Both the position numbers and the translations under genes were made by a program. Shown here in pieces: positions 1 through 13,147 of a stretch of DNA of 64,000 nucleotides. A model generated the notes under the pieces. That model searched no databases and was not told where the DNA came from. It saw nothing but the letters and a program-made list of their open reading frames with translations. Position 1 is the first letter of the stretch; every line of letters begins with the position of its first letter. Origin of the DNA: Podarcis tiliguerta (lineage: Eukaryota); assembly GCA_965153285.1 (NCBI GenBank), contig OZ229111.1, one strand, 5' to 3'.

Positions 1-3000
1 TGTTTACACATCATGTTTCTACAGGATTACGTGTACTTCTAGGAAGAACACACATAGGTTGGTTCATTCTTCAAAGTAAAGAGGTTGCAGACTTTGCATT
101 TTTAAGTAATGTTGCTTATTCTTATTCACGGATGAGAATGTGCCTTAGTATTGCAAGACAACGACCTTATCAGTGCAGTGAATCTGTGACTCATAACTTC
201 CCCAAAGTGTATGTGCCCACCTGTTTTCTTTTGGTGGGATCAAGGACACAGTTCCTCCCACAAGCTATTTGGGTGCTGGTGTTCTAGCCAAGGGTGGTCC
301 ACTCCACCTAACTATAATGCAGATGGGGATGCCCATTCTACAATCATCCTACAGCTCATGGAGACTAAGGAACATTGCTGGCATGGCATTCATTCTCTCA
401 CACTTTGCCATCATTCTTTCACATTAGAACACTTCTTTTTTAAATGGTCGGGGCAACATATATTACAAGCACTTGTTATTTCTGCCTTCTGCAAAAGACT
501 CGATTCCTTCCCTGAGTTATCTGGCATCATGTACAGAGGACTTGCCATAGGAGAGGGTTCTTCCTCTCCAGACACTTGTATAGCTTTGTGTGTCCTCTGC
601 AGCCCCACCCACCCTCCTGACCTTCTCTCAAATACTCTATGTACGTGAGAGAACTCGGGGGGAGAGGATCTTGTTTCATTTCCCTTTTGCAGGAAGCAGA
701 AGCAGTGTGATTCTCATGCATTGATCTGCTAATCATAAAACCAGTAGCCCTGTGTTCCCTGCAGTTTACAAATAACAGGCGCCCTGGAAAGAGGATTTGT
801 GAAACCCTGTCCTTGTAGTTAAGCAGCTCAATACACAACGTGAAGCATGGGCAAACTTGCTATGTAGATGTGTCTCTAACCTGCTGCTAATTATGACTGT
901 CTCATGCATACACATCACAAAGCAAAGGATCCTGGGCAGGAGTCAATGTCTCATTTTGTTGGAGGGAATTGTTATTTTTTTCCACTTTGCTCACTTCTCA
1001 TTAATATACACTGCTACAGTTGTATATTGTTCTGTGAGGCAACAGTTTAGAAATAAATGAGCTCTACTTGGTTTTAACTAAGACAGCTTAAATGGCCTCA
1101 TCTTCAAAGCCTTATCTGTAGGCCACAAAGACTCCCCATCCCATAAACCACAGTTATATTTAGATATAATTTCTATACCGATTTATATTTCTGGAAATAT
1201 CTCTATTCAGACTGCAGCAGATCTTAAGGCGTCATAAACACAGCATTATAAAATATCAAAACATTGCAAATGAAAATCAAATTTGCAAAATTCAGTCAAG
1301 ATCCACATTTAAAGCGGTATAATTAGCAACGAAACAATATCCTTTTGAACATCAAAAAACTTTACTGGTAAAAATAAAGCATAAAAATGCAATAAAAGTT
1401 CCATGTTAAAATATAATCTGCAGCTGAACAAAACCACTGAGGCAGAAGCTGTTGACAACAAGGCCATGCTGCCCCCCCCCCGCCCCCATGCACACACTCA
1501 AACAGAGACTTTTCTCCCTGGTGCTTGGTGTTCAGGTGGTGGTGCTGTGGTGGCAATTTAGAGAGAAAGTCTTGCGATCCATTTAGCTTCTGCTGTGTGT
1601 ATTCCTGTAGCAACTAGATTTGGCCTTTTCCTTATGCAACTGTGAACAAAGCTAATTCAGAATGAGGAAGATGTATTTGGACTAGGGATGGCCCTCACTC
1701 TGCGTTAGCTTTTTTTTCCTTTTGTATTGTTGTCATATCACTAAATCTTTCTGGTTGTGGTTAACTTGTTTGTTCAAACCACAGCAGCAGTATATTGGGA
1801 CTGTGAAGACTTTCTGTAAGAAACAAAAAAGGTAGACATTTGGGGAAATATTTTTGCCACCCCTTCATATTAAGTGTTTGTGAAAATTCAGTGTGGTGGT
1901 TATCCCCCCACTTCCTTTTGTCTACATTATATTTTTATAAAACGAATATTAAGGCTGCCTAGAATAAACCCAGACAGTTGCAGCCCCAAAAACAAAAACA
2001 AAACTCACAACAACTGACCTCCATTAAAAACTGTTCTAATCTGGTCAAGAATGTTGTCTTTGTGCCAAATTATGATGTTGATTCTTATGATGGGGATATT
2101 TTCCCACAAGAAAATTGAAATGAAGCCACCAGCTCCTTATACACGACCCACAGTGTATTTCTTGTCTTTTCTTTTTTTTGGACTCCAATGTAGGACACAT
2201 GAATCTGATGTAAAATTGGGAACAATGGCAACACATTGGCTTCCAGTTCTTAAGAAATGCAAGCAAAATATGCCTGGGCAGTTGGGAGTGAAGCAAAGCC
2301 ATTACTTACATTGCAAGTATTTTGTAGAAAACTATGGACAAAATTCTGGCTTCATTTGAAGCTCTTGGGAAATCTGTCTTTGAATTTTACTCTCAAGTGT
2401 TACCAAATTTGGGGGGAATGGGTTTCCAGTGCAAGTAAATAAACTTTGCAGCCACCCTTGGGAGACCACATGAATGAATCTGGGGCTATACTGAATTATA
2501 TCTTTTAATGTTTATAATTACTGGGCTTTTTGGGGCATGGTATAAATTAAATCATACATTTGCTTAAGAGACAGTACATCTGATTGGATGTAGCCACACA
2601 TTACTGAAAAAGTCATCAGCATATCTGGCATTTGTTTTCTAGCATTTTGTGCTCCATGCTCGATAACCATTTTGTTTCTTCTTTGTTTGTGCAGTCATTA
2701 GGCTCATTTGCCCACACTGCCATTCAATTCAGTTGGATCCCCTTGGATTGTGTTTACAAGCACTCCTGAAGTGATCACACCATTAAGGTCATCATAGCCA
2801 CTACGATTAAATGGCAGCTTGTCACAAATGAGGCCGATGCCTGTGAGGACAAAACAAGAGGAGGGAAATTGCACTGAAAAAGAAAACAGCAATGAAAAAA
2901 TGTAGAATAGTTGGGTATTGAGACACATTTTAACAGTCAAAAAGCCAACATGCAGTGAAGGTAAGTAGGCTTGACCTAGACATATCTGCAACCATCTTCC

Positions 3001-5142
3001 TAAGGATTAGGCTTCCCATCCAGATTTGGTTCTCAGTGAATGGCTTGTCATCAACTGGCACACCTAGTGAGTGCTTGTGGTGATGTGGAGATACGTTGGA
3101 GACTCGTTTTCTTAGAAATCTGGTACATGTGTCCTGCTTAGCATCTGGATGCAATTTTAGTTACCGTAGGGTAAGAAGCAGCCTTTACTGTGACTAAATG
3201 AGAATTCCAGCATTGGTTTGATCACTGATCTTCATGTACAGAAGGAAAGTTGGCTGAATGGTAATGTGTGAATGTGTGGGTGTGCTCTGTGTATACAGAA
3301 AGTCGCATTATTCCCTCAATGTAATAATGATTCTGTACAGTAGAAAAATCCAAGGGTTTGAAAAGGGGGGAAAGATCTTAATTATATCCTTTAACCATAA
3401 CATGTTTCTAAGTAACTGTATATTTTCCTGAGATAAGAATTTTGTCGGTTAAACATTATTCAGTATTAAATAGCTAAGCTTTCTGTGCATATTTACATAC
3501 TGCTTTCACAGCAATGTATTTGAATACAGGCCAAACCAAAAGCTGTGATAAGCAAAAGACTGCAGTTTCTGGCCTCTGTTAACAGGGATGTGCAATATTT
3601 GTAAATTTCTGTTTGAGTCATTTGTGTTTTTTTAAATAAACTTGCTTAAATTTATTATCAGCTGGTGACAATAATCAACTGGAAGTGCACCTTAAATTAT
3701 TGCTCTAATATGTGCTTTGCAGTGCTGACTTCTCATAAACTTAACTTCCTGGTAGCTTTCTCAACACAGCCGGCTAGAACTACTAGAAGGTTAACTCTGA
3801 TCTAATGCCTTTGTGGCATTTGGGAGGGGAAAACACTTCCTCCATCTTCACACTATGGCACATATCTTCCTTGCAAACCTATAGTGAAACTTAGGTTTTC
3901 GACTAGCCTTCACCAACTTTGTGCCCTCCAGGGATTGGGACTAAGTACTCAATTTTACCTAACAAACAGCCATGCTGCCTGAGGATGATGGGAGTTGTTG
4001 GCCAATGGCACTCGTAGGGCCACAGGTTCCCATTCCTGCTGCACTTGAATATCCATATGGGAAATGCACAAATCGTTTTGTGGAGAAAGACCTTCCATCT
4101 CAAACACCTATGAACTGATACCATGATCACTGCCTGGAGCTGATGAGAGGGCTCTAGGTTGGGGAAGTATATGTGTCAACCGGTGATTTGGAGTGCTAGC
4201 TTCCCCAAATTTGGTAAAAAAGTTTTCTAATTGCCCAGGTCAGATTATTTGGTAGATCTTCAACAGCACAACAACAAGCTTTTTTGCCTCCTTTCCCAAC
4301 TCTTTTTTCCCCCTGTTAGAGCTCTAGGATTATAAACCACAAGTATGTAGCAACACTGTAAAATTATCTGTATTCAGTACAGTGCACAATCTCTGTCTTC
4401 AGTTCTAACAGTGAAAGAAAATACTGTGTTCTCTTCCTTGTAGGAGCTTATTCACTCTACCAGTATGTGCTGTAAACCAATCCCACATTATGTGAGTAAA
4501 ATCAAAGAGCTTAAATAATACTGATAACTAAAGAACTCAAGATATTACGTTGGTGCCTGATTTACTGTCAATAAAGCAAACATATTTTCAAGAAGCAACA
4601 AAACATCTCTTTGTATGTTGGAAGGCCACTAGCCTAAGGAGTAAATATATTTTTCTTATTCATATTCACTTCTCCATGCACCAGGAGAAGGGCTAGCCAC
4701 ATGCATTGGTAGAGGACAGGCTTCACATGCAGGTCTAATCCCCAGCATTGCCAGGTCAGGCTGGAGAAAACCACTGTGAAGAAACGCTGGAAAGCTTCTG
4801 ACACTCCATGCTGTTCTCGGCAGGCTAATGATCTGACTTGGTGTTAGACAGCTCTCCATTTCCCCATGTTCAGCACCGTTTAACACCTGATTCTCTTTGA
4901 GAATTTCTGCAATTAATTTCAGAATGAGGCATATACAGTTCCTTCCATTTCGTGTTCCTTTTTTCGCCTTTGCAAGTAAACCACACCCATGAGTAATTCT
5001 GGCCAGAAAAGCAAGACCAGTTTCATAGTTCCATTCAACTCCAAGTAAGGAGAATCTTCATCCAAATGCTTGTCAAAATAGACTGACTGAAAAAAAGCTG
5101 TTTATGCAGCTCCAGTAACAGAAGACCATTCAGTATACTTTG

Positions 5143-5144
<2 letters not shown>

Positions 5145-5191
<47 letters not shown>

Positions 5192-5210
5192 CACACACAC
5201 ACACACACAC
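5145..5210. repeat. (AT)n(AC)n compound microsatellite
   Basis: Directly visible. Confidence 0.97.
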
Positions 5211-5917
5211 TCTGAAAAGAAATAGACATAGGGTATGAGGAATGGATGGTACAGTGTGTGTGTGAAAGAAAACATTTCTGAGCATTTTTTTTTAACCTTT
5301 TATTTATTCCCTTTTATTTAAAGGAAAAATGTTCCCTACTTTCACCTTTCACAAACTTTTCACACATCTCTTCATCATGAAAAGGTGGAAGCCAGGTTTG
5401 TCTTTTTCTGGCATGATGTTTCTAATTGGTCTGTTTATCCATGTGTCCCTCAGCAGGGAATTAACACAGCCCATATACAAGCTACAATTTAACTGGTGTG
5501 TTTTCCATAGAATAAAAATAAATGGTGTGTTATTGTACATAATTGTCCCCTGTGTATGGTTTACCTGCAAGGAAAAAAGATAGCACAAATGAGTAGCAGC
5601 AGCAGGAAGCCATATTAAGACCGTACTGAGCATGTGCAGCAGTCTTTACAAAATTCTGAAATCCAAATTGAATGAATGACAAGAAACTAACCCATTGGTG
5701 CTGCTCTTCAACCAGAACCAGGTATTCAAAAAAACCCCAAAAGTGGGGTAATATGTTTGAGGGAAGGGGACTTCAAACATTTCTTCACAACATTCTGGCC
5801 ATTAGTGACAAGCAGTCTTAGTTACTTGGATGTTACCCATATTATCCTCAGCTGCAAACTGATGGTGCTGTAGTAGATTGGTCCTTATTGGAACCTCCTA
5901 AACTAGGTTTCTAGTGG

Positions 5918-6320
5918 TAATTATAATAATTATAATTATAATACCCCGCCCATCTGACTGGGTTGCCCCAGCCACTCTGGGCAGCTCCCAACAAAACATA
6001 GTGAGACATCAAACATTAAAAGGTGCTGCCTTCAGACATCTTCTAAAAGTCAGGTAGTTATTTATCTCCTTGATGTCTGATGGGCGGGTGCCACTACCAA
6101 GAAGGCTCTCTGCCTGGTTCCCTGTAACCTCACTTCTCGCAGTGAGGGAACCACCAGAAGGCCCTCAGCGCTGGACCTCAGTGTCCGGGCAGAATGATGG
6201 AGGTGGAGACGCTCCTTCAGATATACTGGCCGAGGCTGTTTAGGCTTTAAAGGTCAGCACCAACACTTTGAATTGTGCTCAGGAAAGTACTGGGAGCCAA
6301 TAAAGATCCTTTAGGGCCGG
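5918..6320 (-). mobile_element. L2-clade LINE 3' fragment
   Basis: (TAA)-rich tail plus ataccccgcccatctgactgggttgccccagccactctgggc...aaggtcagcaccaacactttgaattg, typical of lacertid L2 3' ends. Confidence 0.75.
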
Positions 6321-7321
6321 TGGTAGAGAAATTTGCTGAGCTCTGTACTGAAGTGATAATTGTATTTAGAAATTGCACTCAAATATGTGCCTCTTTTCTT
6401 CTATATGAGAAGCCCACTATCCTATCTAAACTGGATAATCAAAGAAGACAGTGTACTACTGCTGGTTGCCAGGAGGGAGAGAGGGAGGACCAAAGTAGCA
6501 GGCAGCTTGGGATGGTGTGGGTACAGCAGTGGGAGACAGTATCAAGTGATCTTGACACCGCGCCTGCACCGTGCCAAGCTCTGTGCTGCCTTGCTCCCCC
6601 TTCTCTCAGTAACTGGCAGCAGTGCATAGCTTTGGGAAGCAAGGTCAGCAACACAGGCCTGCTCATTGCTACTGACGGAGGGCATGTTAAATGTACTTTG
6701 TATTAACACCATCTCAGTAGAAATTCAGTTTTTCATTTCTACCTGATTTATTGTGGGGCAGGGTGGTGGGGTTTGCTGTTGTCTTGTCTTACTGGCATTC
6801 CATTTGGCGTGGAAGAGGCAGCACTAGCACTTTGTGCTTGCCATCCTTTTAACAGCATGCTCACTTGGCTTTCCAGCATGCTCATTTACTCCTAAATGTA
6901 AACAGGGTATCATTTTTCACGATGCACACACATAGCACCAGAACGAACTGAAATAAAAGTTGTGGGCGTTAGTAGTTTGGAAATGTTGTTAGTTGTTTGG
7001 AAATATGAAAACGTAAGCAGCTGTGTGCAGTGAGGTGGCCTCTGTAGTTTGGAATGCTATTACTGAATGAGGCAAAGAGCCAAGTTTGCCAGCCAGGTAA
7101 TGACAAACCAGGTGTAATGGAGAGGCATAGCTGTGTGCACACATGTGTTTGCATGTGGATAAACAAACCTCCAGTCTTGTAGCAATTTTCCGGAGTTCCC
7201 AACATTTCCATTTTGTAGTTTCCTCTGATGCTACGAAAATTTCCCAAGCACCTTAAGTGTGTGTATCTGTCTGTGTTGTGGTTTCCTGTGTCTTGATGAG
7301 TTATCCGGTTCTGTCTTGCAG

Positions 7322-7432
7322 CCCTCAGAATCCAAGTCCAACGTCACCCCTTTCACCGTCCTGGCCTATGTTCTCCGCACCATCCAGCCCTATGCCCACC
7401 TCCTCTACGTCCAGCGACTCATCCCCCATCAG
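7322..7432 (+). CDS. ARHGAP26: ARHGAP26 (GRAF1) internal coding exon, Ser/Pro-rich linker (111 nt, phase 2-2)
   Basis: Translates PQNPSPTSPLSPSWPMFSAPSSPMPTSSTSSDSSPI, matching the recalled human GRAF1 linker. Acceptor tcttgcag| at 7321, donor AG|gtctgt at 7433. Joins in frame to the exon at 12926. Confidence 0.93.
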
Positions 7433-10400
7433 GTCTGTTGCAGGTTTGAGGGTTTTGTTTTGCTCAATTAAGTTGCCACTGCTGCTATCATATTTTACGT
7501 TTACAAGCTTCTTTTTCCCTGCGTTGCTTCCTCACTGTGACCCAGCTTGTTTTAGTTACCAGAGTGTCACAATCCCTCAGCTGCCGTCAGGTATCAGGAA
7601 AGGAAACTTTGAAACATTCCATGACCTCCAGAGGAGTGATTGGTTGAGTGATCTAAGCACTGTCTACCTTAGCTTTCTTCTTATCCCAGCTTTGGAGAAT
7701 CCTCTTCAGTTGTGTTTGACTTTGTTTTATATTTGCCAAATTGCTGGACTTGCTTGATACTCACTAAAACCATCTCTGCAGTAGGTAAGCTTTCATTTCC
7801 ATTCCCCAAATATGTATAGTTTCAGATTAAAAATGCATTATATCTTTTTTAAGCCTGACGTTTAACTACAGTCCAGTTTTCCTTTTTTCAGATTCAGTTG
7901 TGTCAGTGACAATAGAGGGTTTTTGAGGCAGTGAGGTTGTGACGTTTATGAGAACTGGAACATTTAATATGGGTGAATATATACTGACCATTTACAGACA
8001 TTCAAAAACTGTTTGACCTCTTAAAATTCAGGCCCATTCAGCCAAAGAGATGGATATAGTTGCAAAAGACCAATAGTATTACAGTCTTCATTGATTTCCA
8101 AGTGTGGTCCTATACATGTCTACTGAGTTCTGTGGGGCTTACTCCCAGGTAAGTAAGTACAGAATGGTAGCCACAAATGTTTGCCCAGCATTGGTTCCCA
8201 GGACTTGGGCTATCTTTACTCTTCTCATTTACAAGCTAAGCTTACATTTCAACAACAGTTGAGTAGCCCATGCTAGAAACATTGTTTACTAACAATTTCC
8301 GCTGGCTGTAGTTTTTCTAGCAGTTTTAATTCAGCAATAAACTCAAGGAGGATTGTTCAAGTGTACAAAATGCACAGAAAAAGTATCCCACCCCCAATTT
8401 TTAAAAATTGCGCAAAACAGTCCAGAGGAAGGGAGTCCCAAGTTGAAAATGAACTTCCTTGGGCCTTGATCCACTTTGGGGGAGAACTGCAGAAAATGCA
8501 AGAGCAGTCACAAGGACAAACTCAGCTAATGTATGGTCTCCATGATGGCCAGATGTGTGCCTTGATTAAGATGCCTGCATCCATGCATTAGTTTACTCTG
8601 CACTGCTAGGAGCATTTCCCCCTTTTTCAATTCAATACAAGCAAGCACCACTTCTGGAGCTGCCTTATTGATTCTTACATGAAAGGTGAGATGAACCAGC
8701 GAATGAACACATGTGAAAGTGACATAGAGCAGAAGTGTACAAATCCATCCAACCCTATATTGATTAGCTTCCACTCAACAAGTTGAGCCCAAAGTGGGAA
8801 GTGCTTCCTTTGATCTTAGTAGGTTTGATTCTTTGGGCTTGTTTGTATATTATATTCAAAATACATTTTGTTACATAGCTTTCTTACCTTACATTGACAA
8901 TAACTGGAGATAAAACCCCTTTACTAAGTGGCATAGTGTAGGGCTCATGATCATGAAGTTACACTGGACAGAAAACAGTTTTCTTTACAAGTAACCATGG
9001 CAGGATGCTCTGTGACAGCGATGGAAATCCACATACAATGTGCAATCACATGTCTGCTACCTGTGTAAAAGTTGTTACATTAGTTGCTTGTGATGCTGTA
9101 ATGTGTGTCCAGGATTCATCCTGAAACCTGATTTCAGTATCTGTTCTTCTGAGAATGTGCAGGATGTAATTGACTACTAAGCAACCACAGATATCTCTTT
9201 GGATCAGGGACAGAACTTCTGGGCGGCCTTGGCGCCTGGTATCGGTCAAAGGAAATTCATTGCTGTATGTAACCTTGAAATGGCAACACCCATCCTTACT
9301 CTGGAACACAATATGATGAAGACCTCTGCATTCCTTCAGATGTTTGCTAAGCAGTGGTGTTAACACGATGTCTTAAAATTCTTCAGGGTTAACCTTGAGT
9401 AGGAGTTCTACGCAATCAGCTAATAACCTTGTTCTTTTTCCTTATCTCTCTCTCTCACTATCTATCTCTCTCACTTGCTCACTTGGTTGCTTTTTACAGG
9501 GATGCATGGTAGACATTATAGTTTATTAACAGGGCACAGAAAAGACACATGCATTCTGGCCAGGGTATGGTAATTTTAACTGGAAGCCACTCACAAGCCT
9601 TATATCTGCAAATGTAAATACCCCTACAAGGTGGCTATGTCACATTTTAGTTTTGATACAAGGCTGCATCTAGTGTAACATAATCAGAATTGCTGTCATT
9701 ATGAGTCTGGGGTGTGTGCGCACACAAGGGAATCTCTCACTCTTCCCATAAACTGTACAAGGTCACATGGGCAAAACTCGACTGAGTGCTTTTCTGGCCA
9801 TGTGCCATGCTCAGAGGCAGAAATTAAAAAAAAAGAAGAAGCAGCCTGAACAGAAAGATCTAGGGCTCATTAATGCCCTTGGTAATCCAGGCTGGGCTAT
9901 GAAGGGCACTGCAGCACGAAAGGGAGGGCATTGCAGCACCATACACTAAGATAACAGCAAAGAAAAGGAACCAGGAAAAGAAATGGACCAGGCAGTGGCA
10001 ATTTATTGTTCAAAGCTGTTCTTGTAACTTGTATTAATTACCAATTAATGCACTGTCTTCCCCTGTGCACCCCCGCCCTGCCGGCTTTGCTTCCCATCTC
10101 CCTAAACTGTGTTTAATGTCTCTGTGGAGTTCCCCTTCTCATTTGTTTTCATTCCTGCGGGTGTTCTACAAATCCAGACAAACCGCTTGACCCAACATGT
10201 TGGTTTCATGGAACACATAAGCCATAATTGGTCATAGTGACTCAAGTAAAATGTTGTATTCTGAACATTTTTGGGGAGGGACCCTTCATGGAAGACTCTT
10301 GAATGCAAGGTTCGTATTAATTAATTTACACACACAAACATATTGCAATGGAAATGTTTTCAGGTGTTATGTTTTCCCATTATTCGTTGAATCCATCTGA

Positions 10401-11700
10401 ATGCTAAATATTGCTTTTGATTATCATATTCCTGTTAATGTGGTCTTCAAACAGGAATCCTAAATTGAATGTTCTGTGTAAGACTTTTGTTGTTGCCGAG
10501 GTGTGGTGGGTAAGATTCCATTAGAGAATCTGTGGGATGAGGGAAAAATTCTAAATAAGTGTGTCTTGTTCCTCGTCTCAAAGCTTTGAACAGGAAAGAA
10601 GGGGGAAGCCTGCAATTCTCACAATCTCTTTACGTAACTAGATGTTTTTCTTGGAAATGTTTTTAGTAAAGTGCCTCCTTTTGAAATTGCCTCCTTGTGA
10701 ATTTTATACCCAGTTTTGAGGCACTGAATGATTTGGTCCTAGTCATTAAGCAGTGCTGGGTGGGTTAGTCTTCCATTCATTAGGTTTGGATTTACAGACT
10801 TTGTAACAATCGCTGGACATGTTCAGTATGTAGCTTCCTGTTCCTAACATTCATTCACACTAATATATTTTTACTCTGCTGTTATGCCATGTGCTTGAGT
10901 GATTGTGTGCATTAAAACATCAGTTTTTATATCTAATCAATGGGAAGCTGCAGCAGTTGAATTTAAGGCTCTTAACCATCTTGATAATGTTTACAAAGAT
11001 AAAGTATCACTAATTAGTGCCAGAAAAGGACTAGGGTTTTTTCATAGTTTAATCTCAATTTAGACAAGAACCAAACAGGATGTGTTGTTAACATACACTT
11101 CTTTTTTTAAGCATCCACTAGTGGTGATAATTATTGTGATCACAGCAGGGAAAGAGGGAGAATTTAAACATATTCTCAGATGACAATCTCGCCTGAAATA
11201 TATTATTTGCATTAGGAGGAGGTCCCCCATTGGCCTTCCTTCTAGTTGAAACACTTGATAGATTATTAGATGGAGGTTCTGCTCAACTAGAGTTAATATG
11301 CAATAATTGTTGGCTGCTTTAAGAAACTTCCGTTGAAGATCTGGATTGGAATGAAACTTCTCTACCATTTTCTAACATTAATTATGCTGCTGGCCAGGTG
11401 ATCTGTTTTCCCCCTTTATGCATTTGTCAGCAAAGGATGTTCAAAGACTGTAAAGGCGCTCAAATTTAACAACTGTGCTTTTTGCTAATGGGGGGAAAAT
11501 GCTGTGTTAACGCATTCAGTCAGGCATATGGCAAATCTGCAAGGAGGAAAAAAATAAATATCAGAAACCAATGGAAGGAATTGTGTGTATCCAAATTCCA
11601 GAACAAAAGGTTTTTCAGTGGAAAATGGGGGGGGGGGGGAGAGAGAGTAAAGTATGGGACATTTCTCAATCCAAGAAAAACTAATAAAATCAATCCACCA

Positions 11701-11732
11701 TAATAATAATGATGATGATGATGATGATGATG
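11701..11732. repeat. (TAA)n(GAT)n microsatellite
   Basis: Directly visible. Confidence 0.9.
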
Positions 11733-12925
11733 CCTCTGAGCTCTCTGGTGGGTTACATTACTTGCTGTTTAGCAGTCCAATTGTCCTTTAAAATGCAGAT
11801 TAATCATACTGGTGAATGCCCTCTAAGCAACAGGGCATTTAACGCTTTGGGTTTTAAGGTCTCTCTAAAATGACTGAGAAAACAGGGCTTAGAAGCCTCT
11901 TCTTGAAAGGTGTCACCTTCTGCTAGCTCCCAGTTACAGTTAGGAAGCTGCCATAGCTCTACCAACCAGAGTGCCTCATCTAGGCTCCATCACTTTCACT
12001 CAAGCTTTTTTGACTGGGTGAAATCCCAGAACTGTCACAGCAGCAACTGTTGACTCCTGCAGGACCAGGAGCTTTGTTGGGGGAAATGTGTCTCATTCTC
12101 CCACTCTTCCCCTGAGGGAAAGAGATCACTCATGGGGCAGCATGTCCAGGGCTTAAACTAGCAGCTGCCACTCCAGATTGACAATGCTTTATTTCTCAAG
12201 CCTCTGTAACATGTGAGTAGGCAGGACTGTGGTTTGTGGCATGGAGGTTCCACTGCAGGTAAATCACTATAGCAAAGGCTTTCTCGGGGTTGGAAATTTG
12301 CATTGTACTGTTCAAGCAGATGCAGTCTTGGAACTAAGCTAGAGAGAAAAATTACCAACAAATCCTCAGTTCAAATGATTTACAATGCCAGGGAAAGATT
12401 GCTAGCAGAGTTTGGTTACGTCAGCCTCAACCAGGAGCCAGGCCTCTGGATTATGTTTCTTATCAGAAACTCTCTCCCTCACAAAGTTTTTCCAGCTGAC
12501 TCTTTAGAGTTGATTCCTTTTCTCTGCCTCTAATTCTTTTTTTTTTTTTTAATTGCCCATCACTCCCTGACATAGTATTGCTCATTCCATTGGGCAACCA
12601 TGGGCTTCCCTTGGTCACAAATGCAGCAGTTAATGTTGAAAATCCATAATAACGAAACTTGGTTTTGGAGAAGAAATGTTACCCCACTCTCTCTCTCTCA
12701 TCCTCTAAATATGCTTGGTGTTATCTTGAATATTATTCCTTTTATCTTTCCCTTGACCTGTGTTTCGTCTTTTCCTCCACATTTTGCCATCTGGCAGTTT
12801 TGATCCACGTTTCAAGGATTTTTCAGGAGAAAATACTTTAGAAATACTCAAGTCTGCATACACACACGAAAAGAAACATGTGCAAACCTTCCTGTGTGCT
12901 GATTCTTTTGTTATTATTTTTGCAG

Positions 12926-13017
12926 TTCTCCATTCCGCAGAGCCAGAGCACTCTATGCTTGCAAAGCAGAGCACGACTCAGAACTCTCCTTCACTGCAGG
13001 CACCATATTTGATAATG
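12926..13017 (+). CDS. ARHGAP26: ARHGAP26 penultimate coding exon, SH3 domain N-terminal half (92 nt)
   Basis: Translates SPFRRARALYACKAEHDSELSFTAGTIFDN (SH3 ALY...ELSF motif). Acceptor tttttgcag|, donor G|gtgagt. Confidence 0.96.
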
Positions 13018-13083
13018 GTGAGTATCCATATGTGGCCGGTCCTACATAATACAAAGAAGAGTGAATGGTGATTTCTCAAGAGA

Positions 13084-13147
13084 GAAGGCTTGTGTTTCCC
13101 ACTGAGTAATCTAAAAGGGAAGGCTTGTGTTTCCCACTGAGTAATCT
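13084..13147. repeat. Local tandem duplication, 35-bp period (similar two-copy duplications at ~21726-21770, 45553-45600 and 61396-61442)
   Basis: gaaggcttgtgtttcccactgagtaatct occurs at 13084 and 13119. Confidence 0.9.

Noticed and set aside
211-648. 145-aa ORF
   Set aside because: No coherent protein similarity apart from a faint L2-like patch (LQALVIS...RLD...YRGL). Likely decayed repeat sequence in an intron.
2695-2960. Possible ARHGAP26 exon between a good acceptor (ttgtgcag) and a strong donor (AAG|gtaagt)
   Set aside because: Stops in all three frames and no similarity to GRAF1. Could only be a non-coding cryptic exon, with no further support.
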